This document shows positions 28,839 to 39,891 of a stretch of 64,000 nt of DNA, in pieces; positions within the stretch are counted from its first letter, which is position 1; every line of letters starts with the position of its first letter. Below the pieces are notes generated by a model. It did not search any database. It was not told where the DNA came from and saw nothing but the letters and a program-made list of their open reading frames with translations. The position numbers and the translations under genes were made by a program. The DNA lies in the NCBI GenBank assembly GCA_963746075.1, contig CAVUZY010000004.1:200213-264212 (forward strand). The letters are read 5' to 3'. This DNA is from an uncultured Chloroflexia bacterium (GTDB taxonomy: Bacteria; Chloroflexota; Limnocylindria; Limnocylindrales; CSP1-4).

Positions 28839-29319
28839 ATGCCGTCTGGGCCAAGACACGCCGCACGTCGAAGGGTCGCCGTGATCCGAGCCCTGATGCC
28901 GATCGTTGTTGCCCTGGTCCTCGCGAGTTGCGGAGACCTCGATGGGTCCGCGCGCCGGTTCGACAACGCCCCGCTGGTCGTTCGGGACCGCGTCGCGCTT
29001 CCGGAGTGCGGCGAGGAGACGGCACAGGGTCGGCATCGGGGCGAACACCGACGGGCGTCGCTGCCTGTGGGCGGCATACCAGCAGGATCGACCGGCTGAG
29101 TTCATCACGACCCAAACGACGATCGAGGGCGATCCGATCACCTTCATCTACCGCATCCTGCCGGGCGGCGCCGTCGAGGTCTTCATCGACTCGACCCAGG
29201 ATGCGTGGTCGGCCAGGACGTGGCTCCATCTCGCCTGTCGCGAGCTGGCGTTGATCGACGGCCCCGGCCAGCCGGCGTTCGGAGTGGGGGACGACTGCAC
29301 CGAGACGACGATCCGCTGA
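28839..29319 (+). pseudogene. Small Cys-containing lipoprotein, one frame change near 29030
   Basis: MPSGPRHAARRRVAVIRALMPIVVALVLASC-GD (lipobox) up to LPECGEETAQG in frame 3. It then continues in frame 1: VGIGANTDGRRCLWAAYQQDRPAEFITTQTTIEGDPITFIYRIL...DDCTETTIR. Confidence 0.5.
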
Positions 29320-29419
29320 TCGGGGTCGCCGGATGGGTTCGGTCCGGCGACAATGCCCTCCTGATGGTTCCCCTTCGACTCTCGATCCGTTTCGTCGACG
29401 ACCACATGCCGAGGCCGCG

Positions 29420-30337
29420 ATGATCCGCCCGCTGCGCGTCGGGATCCAGCTGCCCGAGGTCGAGCGCGAGGTTCGCTGGCCGGAGCTCGTCGACCTCGCC
29501 CGGACGATCGAGGACAGCGGGTTCGACGCGATCTGGCTGGGCGAGCACCTGCTCTATCGCTGGCCCGATCGACCCGCTCGCGGGCCGTGGGAGGCCTGGA
29601 CGATGATGGGCGCCCTGGCCGCCGCCACGAGCCGGGTCACGATCGGGCCGCTCGTCGCATGCACGAACTTCCACAACCCGGCCCTCCTCGCCAAGCAGGC
29701 CGCGACGGTCGACGAGATCGCCGGTGGGCGGTTCGTGTTCGGGCTCGGGGCCGGCTGGAACGAGACCGAGTTCGCGGCGTTCGGGTTCGCCTACGATCAC
29801 CGGGTCGACCGGTTCGAGGAGGCGTTCACGATCATCCGGACGCTGCTCCAGGACGGCCAGATCGACTTCGACGGCCGCTTCTACCAGGCCCGCGACTGCG
29901 AGCTGCTGCCGCGCCCGCGGCCGGGCGGGCCGCCGCTCCTGATCGGCTCGAACGGGCCGCGGATGCTCCGGATCGCTGCGCCCCACGTCCAGGCCTGGAA
30001 CACGTGGTACGCCGACACCGACAACGCGCCCGAGGGCGTGGCGCGGCTGCGTAACATCGTGGACGCAGCCTGCGCGGATGTCGGGCGCGACCCCGCCGCG
30101 ATCGCGCGAACCGTGGCGGTCCACGTCCGGATGCCGGGCGGCCGGGGCCGGACGATGGGCGACACGACGACGACCGACCGCGTGGTGCCCCTCGAGGGCT
30201 CATCGGAGCAGATCGCCGACGGCCTGCGGGCGTACGCCGCGGTCGGCGTCAGCGAGGTCCAGGTCGTCCTCGACCCGATCGACCGTCCGTCGGTCGAGCG
30301 ATTCGCACAGGTCCTGCCGATCCTCGACGGCGCGTGA
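29420..30337 (+). CDS. LLM-class (luciferase-like) F420-dependent oxidoreductase
   Basis: ATG 29420 (MIRPLRVGIQLP). FDAIWLGEHLL...RVTIGPLVACTNFHNPALLAKQAATVDEIAGGRFVFGLGAGWNETEF. Confidence 0.9.
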   Translation: MIRPLRVGIQLPEVEREVRWPELVDLARTIEDSGFDAIWLGEHLLYRWPDRPARGPWEAWTMMGALAAATSRVTIGPLVACTNFHNPALLAKQAATVDEIAGGRFVFGLGAGWNETEFAAFGFAYDHRVDRFEEAFTIIRTLLQDGQIDFDGRFYQARDCELLPRPRPGGPPLLIGSNGPRMLRIAAPHVQAWNTWYADTDNAPEGVARLRNIVDAACADVGRDPAAIARTVAVHVRMPGGRGRTMGDTTTTDRVVPLEGSSEQIADGLRAYAAVGVSEVQVVLDPIDRPSVERFAQVLPILDGA

Positions 30338-30416
30338 ATCCCGCACGGTCCGGACACCGCAGTACCTTCGTCGGGGATGAATTCAGTGCGAAGGTCGTGC
30401 TAGCATCCCGCCGGCG

Positions 30417-31049
30417 ATGCGACATTCGAATCATCATCACCGACCCAACCGACTGCCGATCGTGGCCGTCGGCCTGTTCGGCGTGATCCTCGCTGCGTGC
30501 GGCTCGGCCCCGGCCGCCTCCGCTCCGCCGACGCCGGCTCCGACGCCGGTCGTGACCCCGGATCCACACCTTCGCGAGCCCGTCACGGCCGACCAGATCT
30601 TCCGCGTCCTCGTGGCGGCGAAGCTCCGGATCGTCCCGAACAACGCGACCGCTGGCGGCAACCCGGACGTCGTCAAGCAGATCAATGCCGACCTCGGCGG
30701 CTGGCCGCTTCGGATCGTGGAATACCGCTCCTCGGCGGCGCTCGCGAAGTTCCTCGGCGCGAAGGCCGGTCCGGCACCGGGCCGCAACGACGCGCCCTAT
30801 GCATTCGCCGCGCTGAACGTCCTCGTCCAGTACGGCCCGATCACCGCCCGCGTCCCGGCTCTTCCGGATGACGTCCGCCAGCAGGCAGCCGCCTCGATCC
30901 TCGCGGCCCTGGACCCGCTGTTGTGGCCGGTCGTCCAGCGCTCGGTCGAGCAGATTCCCGGCCGGACGGCCGAGCCGAGCGCCACCCCCGTGCCGCCGTC
31001 GGCATCACCGAAGCCGGCCAAGACGCCGAAGCCGAGCAAGAAGCCATGA
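30417..31049 (+). CDS. Lipoprotein of unknown function with Pro/Lys-rich C-terminal tail
   Basis: MRHSNHHHRPNRLPIVAVGLFGVILAAC-GS lipobox. Tail PSASPKPAKTPKPSKKP. Confidence 0.6.
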   Translation: MRHSNHHHRPNRLPIVAVGLFGVILAACGSAPAASAPPTPAPTPVVTPDPHLREPVTADQIFRVLVAAKLRIVPNNATAGGNPDVVKQINADLGGWPLRIVEYRSSAALAKFLGAKAGPAPGRNDAPYAFAALNVLVQYGPITARVPALPDDVRQQAAASILAALDPLLWPVVQRSVEQIPGRTAEPSATPVPPSASPKPAKTPKPSKKP

Positions 31050-31531
31050 CGAGCCCGCGCCGCAGCGGCGGCCGCTCCGGCGACGAGGTCTCGGACCTCG
31101 ACAAGCGGATCATCGAGCACCTCCAGCAGGACGGCCGCCGGCCGTTCACCCAGATCGCGGCCGATCTCGGGGTGTCCGAGGCCGCCGTCCGGGCTCGCAC
31201 GAACCGGCTCGTCGAACGGGGGATCCTCCAGGTCGTCGGCGTGACGGATCCGCTCAAGCTCGGCTTCCAGCAGATGGCGATGATCGGGATCCGCTGCGAG
31301 GCGGACCACCTCATGGACGTCGCCGCGAAGTGCGCCGAGATGCCGGAGGTCGACTACGTCGTGATCACGGCGGGCACGTACGACATCCTCATCGAGACCG
31401 TCTGCGAGGACAACGAGGGTCTGCTCCGCTTCCTCGCCGAGCGCCTCCGCACGATCGAAGGGGTCCGCGAAACCGAGACGTTCGTGTACCTCCGGATGGT
31501 CAAGCAGTCCTACCAGTGGGGCACGCGCTGA
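31046..31531 (+). CDS. Lrp/AsnC family transcriptional regulator
   Basis: ATG 31046 overlaps the upstream stop (ATGA). LDKRIIEHLQQDGRRPFTQIAADLGVSEAAVRARTNRLVERGIL is the HTH, followed by an RAM/AsnC_trans_reg domain. Confidence 0.9.
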   Translation: MTSPRRSGGRSGDEVSDLDKRIIEHLQQDGRRPFTQIAADLGVSEAAVRARTNRLVERGILQVVGVTDPLKLGFQQMAMIGIRCEADHLMDVAAKCAEMPEVDYVVITAGTYDILIETVCEDNEGLLRFLAERLRTIEGVRETETFVYLRMVKQSYQWGTR

Positions 31532-31699
31532 GGACCGTTCCGGGTCCGGCCCCGTCGCGGTGCGTTGCGCCGCAGCACCCGAATTCCAGCACGACCGGAC
31601 CGCGCAGGCGGCACGCTCGACGGTTCGGCGGCGTCTGACCGGCTAGGATGCGCCCAATGCGGGACGATTGTCCCGGGGTGCACTTGACGAGGTCCTCGC

Positions 31700-33067
31700 G
31701 TGCCGGTCGACCCTGGCCAGGCCCAGACGCTGATCCTCCTCGCGGTCATCGCGAACCTCGCGGTGATGGCCGCGGTCGTGGTTCCGCCGCTGCTTGGCCG
31801 GCGCGGACCGCTCCAGTCCAGCTCGGGCAACGGCAACGGCGGCGAACGCAAGACGGCGCAGCTGACGGCGGTCTTCGGTGATTCGAACGACATCGACCTG
31901 ACCGATCCGGGCGGCGTCCCGCCCGGCGCCTACGACCGGGTCGTGCGGATCGTGTCGTGGGTCTTCATCCTCGCGACCTCCACGATCGTGGCGGTCACCG
32001 GGCTGTGGCGCGACAGCCAGCCGGCGATCTTCGCGCTCCTGGCCGCGGCCGGCCTGTTCGTCCTGGTCGTCCACGACCTCCTGCCGGCCGGCGCGCTCGG
32101 CGCCGCGAAGTTCGTCCTGGAGGGCAGCGTCGCGATCACGTTCGCGACGCTCCTGGTCGTCCTGACCGGCCGCGAGGCGAGCCCGTTCTTCTTCACGTTC
32201 CCGCTGATCGTCGGCGGGGCGGCGCTCGTCGTCAGCCCGCGGGTCACGTTCGGGCTCGCCGCGGCCGCCTCGATCGCGTACATCGGGGCGATCGCGCCGC
32301 CGGGCTCGGGCGGCATCCCGCCGAACACCGTCGCGATCGTGGGGATCAACATCACGGCCCTGATCCTGCTCGCCTACGTCGCGATGGTCATCGCCCGCGA
32401 GCAGCGCCGAGCCCGCGACGCGGCGATCCGCCTGTCGACGATCGACAACCTGACCGGGCTCTTCAATCGGACGTTCTTCTTCGCTGCCGTCGAGCGGGAG
32501 ATCGCCCGGAGTGCGCGGTCCGGTCGTGGCTTCTGCCTGCTGATGATGGATCTCGACGAGCTCAAGCAGATCAACGACCGCCACGGCCACTTCTTCGGCG
32601 ACCGCGTCCTGCGCGGCGTCGGCGAGGTGATCCGCTCGGGCGGGCGGCGGATCGATACGGCCGCGCGCTATGGCGGCGACGAGTTCGTCGTGCTGCTGCC
32701 GGAGACCGATCCGACCGGTGCCTACGTCCTCGCCGAGAAGGTCCGGATCGGCGTCGCCGACCTCCGGGTCGATGTCGCGGGCAACCTGATCCAGCCGTCG
32801 ATCTCGGTCGGCGTCGTGAGCTATCCCGACGACGGCCGGACGAGCGACGAGCTGATGATCGCCGCCGACACCTCGATGTACCGGTCGAAGCGGGCCGGCA
32901 AGAACCGCGTGACGGGCGTGCCGGTGATGGACGAATCGGTCATGGCCGCCCAGATGTCCGCCGATCCGATCTCGAGCGCATTCGGCGAGCCGCTCGATGC
33001 GCGACCGATGGAGGTCGTCGCCAAGCCCGGCAAGCCCCGTCGGAAGGCCGCCGACAAGTCGGTGTAG
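31700..33067 (+). CDS. Membrane-bound diguanylate cyclase (GGDEF domain, with I-site)
   Basis: About 6 N-terminal TM segments. GLFNRTFFF...LLMMDLDELKQINDRHGH...RRIDTAARYGGDEFVVLL, with RxxD five residues before GGDEF. GTG 31700 is a tentative start. Confidence 0.9.
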   Translation: MPVDPGQAQTLILLAVIANLAVMAAVVVPPLLGRRGPLQSSSGNGNGGERKTAQLTAVFGDSNDIDLTDPGGVPPGAYDRVVRIVSWVFILATSTIVAVTGLWRDSQPAIFALLAAAGLFVLVVHDLLPAGALGAAKFVLEGSVAITFATLLVVLTGREASPFFFTFPLIVGGAALVVSPRVTFGLAAAASIAYIGAIAPPGSGGIPPNTVAIVGINITALILLAYVAMVIAREQRRARDAAIRLSTIDNLTGLFNRTFFFAAVEREIARSARSGRGFCLLMMDLDELKQINDRHGHFFGDRVLRGVGEVIRSGGRRIDTAARYGGDEFVVLLPETDPTGAYVLAEKVRIGVADLRVDVAGNLIQPSISVGVVSYPDDGRTSDELMIAADTSMYRSKRAGKNRVTGVPVMDESVMAAQMSADPISSAFGEPLDARPMEVVAKPGKPRRKAADKSV

Positions 33068-33077
33068 GATCGGCCGG

Positions 33078-34394
33078 ATGGCCGATCCCGAGGTCCGGCG
33101 CCCCGCCGGCGAGCACCAGCCCCGCGGGTTCGCGACCCGGGCGATCCGGGCCGCCCACCGGCTGCCGGTCGTCGACCAGGCGCCGACCTCCGTCCCGATC
33201 TACCAGACCGTGACCTTCTCGGCGGTCGACGCCGAGGAGTTGGGCGCCGTCGCCACCCGCGAGATCGAGGGCTACGCGTACGGCCGCCTCGACAACCCGA
33301 CGGTCGTCGCGTTCGCCGCCGCGGTGGCTGAGCTCGAGGGCGCCGAGGCCGGCTTCGCCTTCGCCACCGGGATGGGCGCGATCCACGCCGCGCTCGGGAC
33401 CGTCCTGTCGGCCGGCGACCGGGTGGTCGCCACGCAGGCGTCGTACGGCACGACCCGCGCCCAGCTGACCGGCGTCTTCGGCCGGCTCGGGGTGACGACC
33501 GAGTTCGTCGACGTCACCGACCTCGCGGCCGTCGAGCGTGCCCTCGCGGCGGCCCCGGCCCGGGTGCTCTACGCCGAGACGATCGCCAACCCGACGATCG
33601 TCGTTGCCGATCACGTCGCCCTGGCCGACCTCGCCCACCGCTTCGGGGCCCTGTACATCGTCGACAACACGTTCGCCTCGCCCTATCTCTGCCGCCCCGT
33701 GGAGCTCGGGGCGGATCTCGTGGCCGAGTCGGCGACGAAGTACCTGTCCGGCCACAGCGACGTCATGGCCGGCGTCGTGAGCGGCGCCACGAGCCTCGTC
33801 CACCGGGTCCGCGACTTCCAGGTCGACACCGGGGCCAGCCTCGATCCGCACGCGGCCTACCTGGCGATGCGCGGCCTGTCGACCCTCGCCCTCCGGATGG
33901 AGCGCCACTCGACGACGGCCGCCGGGCTCGGGGCGTGGCTCGAGGCGCAGCCCGGCGTCTCCCGGGTCTGGTACCCGAGCCTGCCGACGCATCCCCAGCA
34001 CGAGGTCGCGACCCGCCAGCTGGCACGCGGCGGCGGGATGCTCGCGTTCGAGCTCGCGGGAGGGCGAGCAGCCGGCCGGGCCGTCATCGACGCCCTCGAG
34101 ATCCCGGTCCGGACGGCGTCCCTCGGGAGCGTCTTCACGATCGTCAGCCACCCGCCCTCGACGACCCACCGCCAGCTCGACGACGCCGCGCTCGCCGCCG
34201 CCGGGATCACGCCCGGGCTGCTGCGCTGCTCGGTCGGGCTCGAGGACCTCGACGATCTCGTCGCCGACTTCTCGCAGGCGCTCGAGTCGGCTCGCGGCGC
34301 AACCGCGTCGGCGTCCGGGGCGTCCACGGTGGGGGCATCCGGCTCGACGCGCGAGCCGGCCTTCGACGCCACCCCCGAACCGACCCCCGTCTGA
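33078..34394 (+). CDS. Cys/Met-metabolism PLP-dependent enzyme (cystathionine gamma-synthase / methionine gamma-lyase family)
   Basis: ATG 33078. PIYQTVTF...YGRLDNPT...ESATKYLSGHSDVMAGVV (PLP-Lys)...RCSVGLEDLDDLVADF. Confidence 0.9.
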   Translation: MADPEVRRPAGEHQPRGFATRAIRAAHRLPVVDQAPTSVPIYQTVTFSAVDAEELGAVATREIEGYAYGRLDNPTVVAFAAAVAELEGAEAGFAFATGMGAIHAALGTVLSAGDRVVATQASYGTTRAQLTGVFGRLGVTTEFVDVTDLAAVERALAAAPARVLYAETIANPTIVVADHVALADLAHRFGALYIVDNTFASPYLCRPVELGADLVAESATKYLSGHSDVMAGVVSGATSLVHRVRDFQVDTGASLDPHAAYLAMRGLSTLALRMERHSTTAAGLGAWLEAQPGVSRVWYPSLPTHPQHEVATRQLARGGGMLAFELAGGRAAGRAVIDALEIPVRTASLGSVFTIVSHPPSTTHRQLDDAALAAAGITPGLLRCSVGLEDLDDLVADFSQALESARGATASASGASTVGASGSTREPAFDATPEPTPV

Positions 34395-35869
34395 CCGTTC
34401 CGGAGGACAGCGCGATCGCCAGCCCCGTCACGACGTGGGCCGACACGGCCCGGCCGCCCGCGCCCGACCTGTTCGAGCGGATCGGCCGCGCCGTCCTCCG
34501 CCTGTTCACCTCGGTCGATTTCGCGGTCGTCCAGATCATCGCCCTGTCGGTCCTGGCCCTGATCGGGATGACCATCCAGCAGCTGCCTTCGTTCGCGTTC
34601 CGGTCCGTCGGCGACTACGAGAACGCGATGGCCGACCTCCACGCCCGCTACGACCCGACGTTCGGGCGCGGGATCGTCGATGCGCTCGAGCGGCTCCAGC
34701 TGTTCCACGTCTTCACGTCGACCTGGTTCACGCTCGGGCTCGTCGTCCTCGTCCTGTCGATCGTGATCTGCACCCTCGATCGGACGCCGCGCCTGTGGCG
34801 CCAGTCGAAGGAGATCCGGGTCGTCCAGCCAGAGGCGTTCTACGACCCGACGCTGCCCGACCGGGCGGCCCTGACCGGGCTGGACGCCGCCGCGGTCAAG
34901 GCCGCGTTCCGGCGGCAGCGGTTCGCCGTTCGCGAGGCCGAGGCCGACGGGGTCCGCTACGTCTATGGCGATCGCCACCGCTGGACGAAGCTCGCGACGC
35001 TCATCAGCCACATGGGCCTGATCCTGTTCCTGATCGCCGGAGTCGTGACCTGGCGGTTCGGTGACGAGCAGGGCCTTGTCGTCGGCGAGGGCGATACGCT
35101 GACCGTCCAGCCGATCGGGACGCCCGGTCTTCTTCTCGTCAAGAACTACCGGTTCGAGGCGCCCGGCTTCCTCGAGACCGGCCAGGCGAGCGACTTCACG
35201 ACCGACCTCGGCGTCTTCCAGAACGGCCAGGAGATCGCGCGCAAGACGATCCGGGTGAACGATCCGCTCGCCGTCGCCGGCTACACGTTCCACGAGAACG
35301 GGTTTGGGGCGGCGCCCGAGCTGCTCATCAGCGACGCCGCCGGCAAGCCGCTGTGGGACGGCCCGGTGCCCCTGACCGACACCGCCGATCGCCTGCCGTA
35401 CGGAACGCTCGCGGTGCCGGGCCGCGACATCGGCCTGAGCCTGCTCCTCCAGCGTCAGGCCGACGGGACAGGCGTCCTGCTGGCCGTGCCGTACCGGGTG
35501 AACGGCGTCGAGACGGACGGGTCGCCAACGATCGAATACCTCGACAACGCCGCGGTCGCCTTGACGGCCGGCGAGGCCCGCCAGCCGAACGGCCTCGACT
35601 TCTCGATCGGCGTCCGACGCTTCTCGGACTACGTCCTGCTGATCGCCAAGAAGGACCCCGGGCAGGGGATCGTGTGGACGGCGTTCGCGCTCCTGATCAT
35701 CGGCCTCGCGATCACGTTCTACCTGCCGCGGCGCCGGGTCTGGGCGCGGCTCGCGCCATCGGGTGACGTCCGGCTCGTCGCCCGGTCCGATCGCTACGTC
35801 GACCTCGACCGCGAGTTCGGGCGCCTGCTCGACGATCTCGTCGCGCGCCGCTCCGCTCCGGCCGGCTGA
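34391..35869 (+). CDS. resB: Cytochrome c biogenesis protein ResB/Ccs1; start codon unresolved
   Basis: LFERIGRAVLRLFTSVDFAVVQIIALSVLALIGMTIQQLP...FHVFTSTWFTLGLVVLVLSIVICTLDR...DYVLLIAKKDPGQGIVW. There is no in-frame ATG/GTG/TTG between the upstream stop and the first TM segment, only CTG 34391. Confidence 0.75.
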   Translation: MTVPEDSAIASPVTTWADTARPPAPDLFERIGRAVLRLFTSVDFAVVQIIALSVLALIGMTIQQLPSFAFRSVGDYENAMADLHARYDPTFGRGIVDALERLQLFHVFTSTWFTLGLVVLVLSIVICTLDRTPRLWRQSKEIRVVQPEAFYDPTLPDRAALTGLDAAAVKAAFRRQRFAVREAEADGVRYVYGDRHRWTKLATLISHMGLILFLIAGVVTWRFGDEQGLVVGEGDTLTVQPIGTPGLLLVKNYRFEAPGFLETGQASDFTTDLGVFQNGQEIARKTIRVNDPLAVAGYTFHENGFGAAPELLISDAAGKPLWDGPVPLTDTADRLPYGTLAVPGRDIGLSLLLQRQADGTGVLLAVPYRVNGVETDGSPTIEYLDNAAVALTAGEARQPNGLDFSIGVRRFSDYVLLIAKKDPGQGIVWTAFALLIIGLAITFYLPRRRVWARLAPSGDVRLVARSDRYVDLDREFGRLLDDLVARRSAPAG

Positions 35870-35891
35870 GCGCCCGGCGCGCCCACCGCTG

Positions 35892-37508
35892 ATGGCGACG
35901 CTCGAGGCGCTCCGGGCCGCGGTGCTGCCCGGCGCCCGCTGGCTGGCGGCCGGTCCCGACGTGGCGCCGTCGACCGCGGCCAGCCTCGATCTTGCCTGGG
36001 TCCGCCTGCTCCGGGCACGGACGCCGGCCTTCGACGCCCTCGAGCCCGGCGACGTGGCGATCATGCCGGTCGCGACGCTCCAGCTCCTGGGAGCCGAGGG
36101 CGACGGCGCCGGTGGCCAGGGCGTGGCGACCATCGTCCGGACCTGCATCGAGGCCCGGACCGGGGGAATCGTCCTCGTCGCCGAGCCCGATGCCGCGGCT
36201 CCGTGGGCGAGCGCCGATCTCGATTGGCTCGTCTCGGCCGCCACTGCCGCTGGCCTTCCGGTTCTCGACGCCGGGCCGGCCGACGCGATCGCGGTCGAGC
36301 GGAGCGCGATCGGCTTCCTCGTGAACCACCGGGCGGAGCTCGAGCGCCAGGCGACGCTGCTCGAGACCCGACTCGAGCAGGTGGCGCTCGGCGGCGGCGG
36401 GCCGGAGGGCCTGGCCGCGGCGATCGCGGGGTTCCTTGGTCGGCCGATCGCGATCGAAGGACGGGGCGGCGCGACGCTCGCGGTCCACGTGCCGCCGGAC
36501 GTGCCGTGGGCCGCGACGGCCGTCGCCGCCTACCACCTCCGGCGGCGCTCGGCTGCGACCCGGATCGCGCTGCCGATCCCCGGCGATCCCGGGGCGAACA
36601 GCGGAGCTCTCGCCCTCCTCGGCGAGCGCGCCCCGACCGAGCTGGAGCGGGTTGCGACGGCCCGGATCGCCGGCCTCGTGGCCCTCGAGCTTGCCCGGGA
36701 CGAGGCGCTCGGACGGGCGGTCGAGATCGCCCGGCGCGAGCCGTTGCCGGCCGACGGGCCGCCATGGGTGGTCATCGTCGCCCGCCAGGCACCGCCCGGT
36801 GTCGATGGCCACGACCTGGACGATGACCGGGGAGCCGCGGCGATGCGCGGACCGGATCGGACCGGCGGGGATCGTGGCGAGGCGGAGCGTCGCGAGGCCG
36901 TCCGCCGCGAGACCCTCCGGCGCGAAGCCGTGCGGCGCGAGGTGCGCTCGCTCGCGCCCGCCCGCCGTCTGTCGCTCCGCGGCGACGTCCAGAGCGTGGA
37001 GCTCCGGATCGTGGCCGCAATCGACGCCTCCGACGCGGACGGGGCAGCCATCGGTGGGCGGATCGGGGAGCTGCTCGGCCGGATCGTCGCCGTCTCGCGC
37101 CCGTTCGACGCCGTCGCCGGCCGGTCAGCGGCGGAGGCCGACGCCCGGGCGACGCTCGAGGCCGTGGAGGGCCTGGCGGACGCCCCGAAGGTCGCCCGGG
37201 CGGACCGTCTCCCCGCCTATCGGCTCCTTGGCAACTTGCACAACCTGCCCGACGGCCCGCGTCAGGCGCGGGCCCTGCTCGCCCCGCTCCTGCGCGGCCG
37301 GCCTGACGTCCGCCGAGAGCGGCTGGCCACGCTCCGCGCCGTGCTCGATCATCCCGGGCTGGCCGAGGCCGCCGATACCCTTGGCGTCCATCGCAACACG
37401 GTCGCGTACCGGGTTCGCCGGATCGAGGAGGCAACCGGCTGGCGGCTCGCCGATCCCGAGCTGCGCCTTCCACTCGCGCTCGCGCTCAAACTTGTGCAAG
37501 ATGACTAA
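35892..37508 (+). CDS. PucR/CdaR family transcriptional regulator
   Basis: ATG 35892 (MATLEALRAAVLPGARWL). C-terminal HTH LATLRAVLDHPGLAEAADTLGVHRNTVAYRVRRIEEATGWRL. Confidence 0.85.
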   Translation: MATLEALRAAVLPGARWLAAGPDVAPSTAASLDLAWVRLLRARTPAFDALEPGDVAIMPVATLQLLGAEGDGAGGQGVATIVRTCIEARTGGIVLVAEPDAAAPWASADLDWLVSAATAAGLPVLDAGPADAIAVERSAIGFLVNHRAELERQATLLETRLEQVALGGGGPEGLAAAIAGFLGRPIAIEGRGGATLAVHVPPDVPWAATAVAAYHLRRRSAATRIALPIPGDPGANSGALALLGERAPTELERVATARIAGLVALELARDEALGRAVEIARREPLPADGPPWVVIVARQAPPGVDGHDLDDDRGAAAMRGPDRTGGDRGEAERREAVRRETLRREAVRREVRSLAPARRLSLRGDVQSVELRIVAAIDASDADGAAIGGRIGELLGRIVAVSRPFDAVAGRSAAEADARATLEAVEGLADAPKVARADRLPAYRLLGNLHNLPDGPRQARALLAPLLRGRPDVRRERLATLRAVLDHPGLAEAADTLGVHRNTVAYRVRRIEEATGWRLADPELRLPLALALKLVQDD

Positions 37509-37584
37509 GAAGTGGTCGTGGCCGCAATCTTCACCGAGACGGATCCGCGACGTATCCTGAGGCACGGCAACCACGCGCACCTCG

Positions 37585-37598
37585 GACTCGTGCGAGTC
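37585..37598. promoter_or_regulatory. Perfect 6-2-6 palindrome GACTCG-TG-CGAGTC in the PucR-glnN intergenic region (candidate operator)
   Basis: Read directly in the sequence, 101 nt upstream of the glnN ATG. Function untested. Confidence 0.2.
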
Positions 37599-37698
37599 GC
37601 ACAAGATCAGGAAATCAACCGTCACGACGACCCAGCGCTCGATGACGTCCGGTCTCGCCCGGCGGGCTGCGCCGAATCGACAGATCGACAGGAGACCC

Positions 37699-39853
<2,155 letters not shown>

Positions 39854-39891
39854 GGCTCGGGGCCGGCGCCGCCGGCCGATAGACTCGCGCG

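Noticed and set aside
37600-37632. A GlnR-type box (gTnAc-n6-GaAAc) in front of glnN, around GGAAATCAACCGTCAC.
   Set aside because: The half-site order and spacing do not fit the a-site/n6/b-site consensus. It amounts to single GAAAT and GTCAC pentamers.
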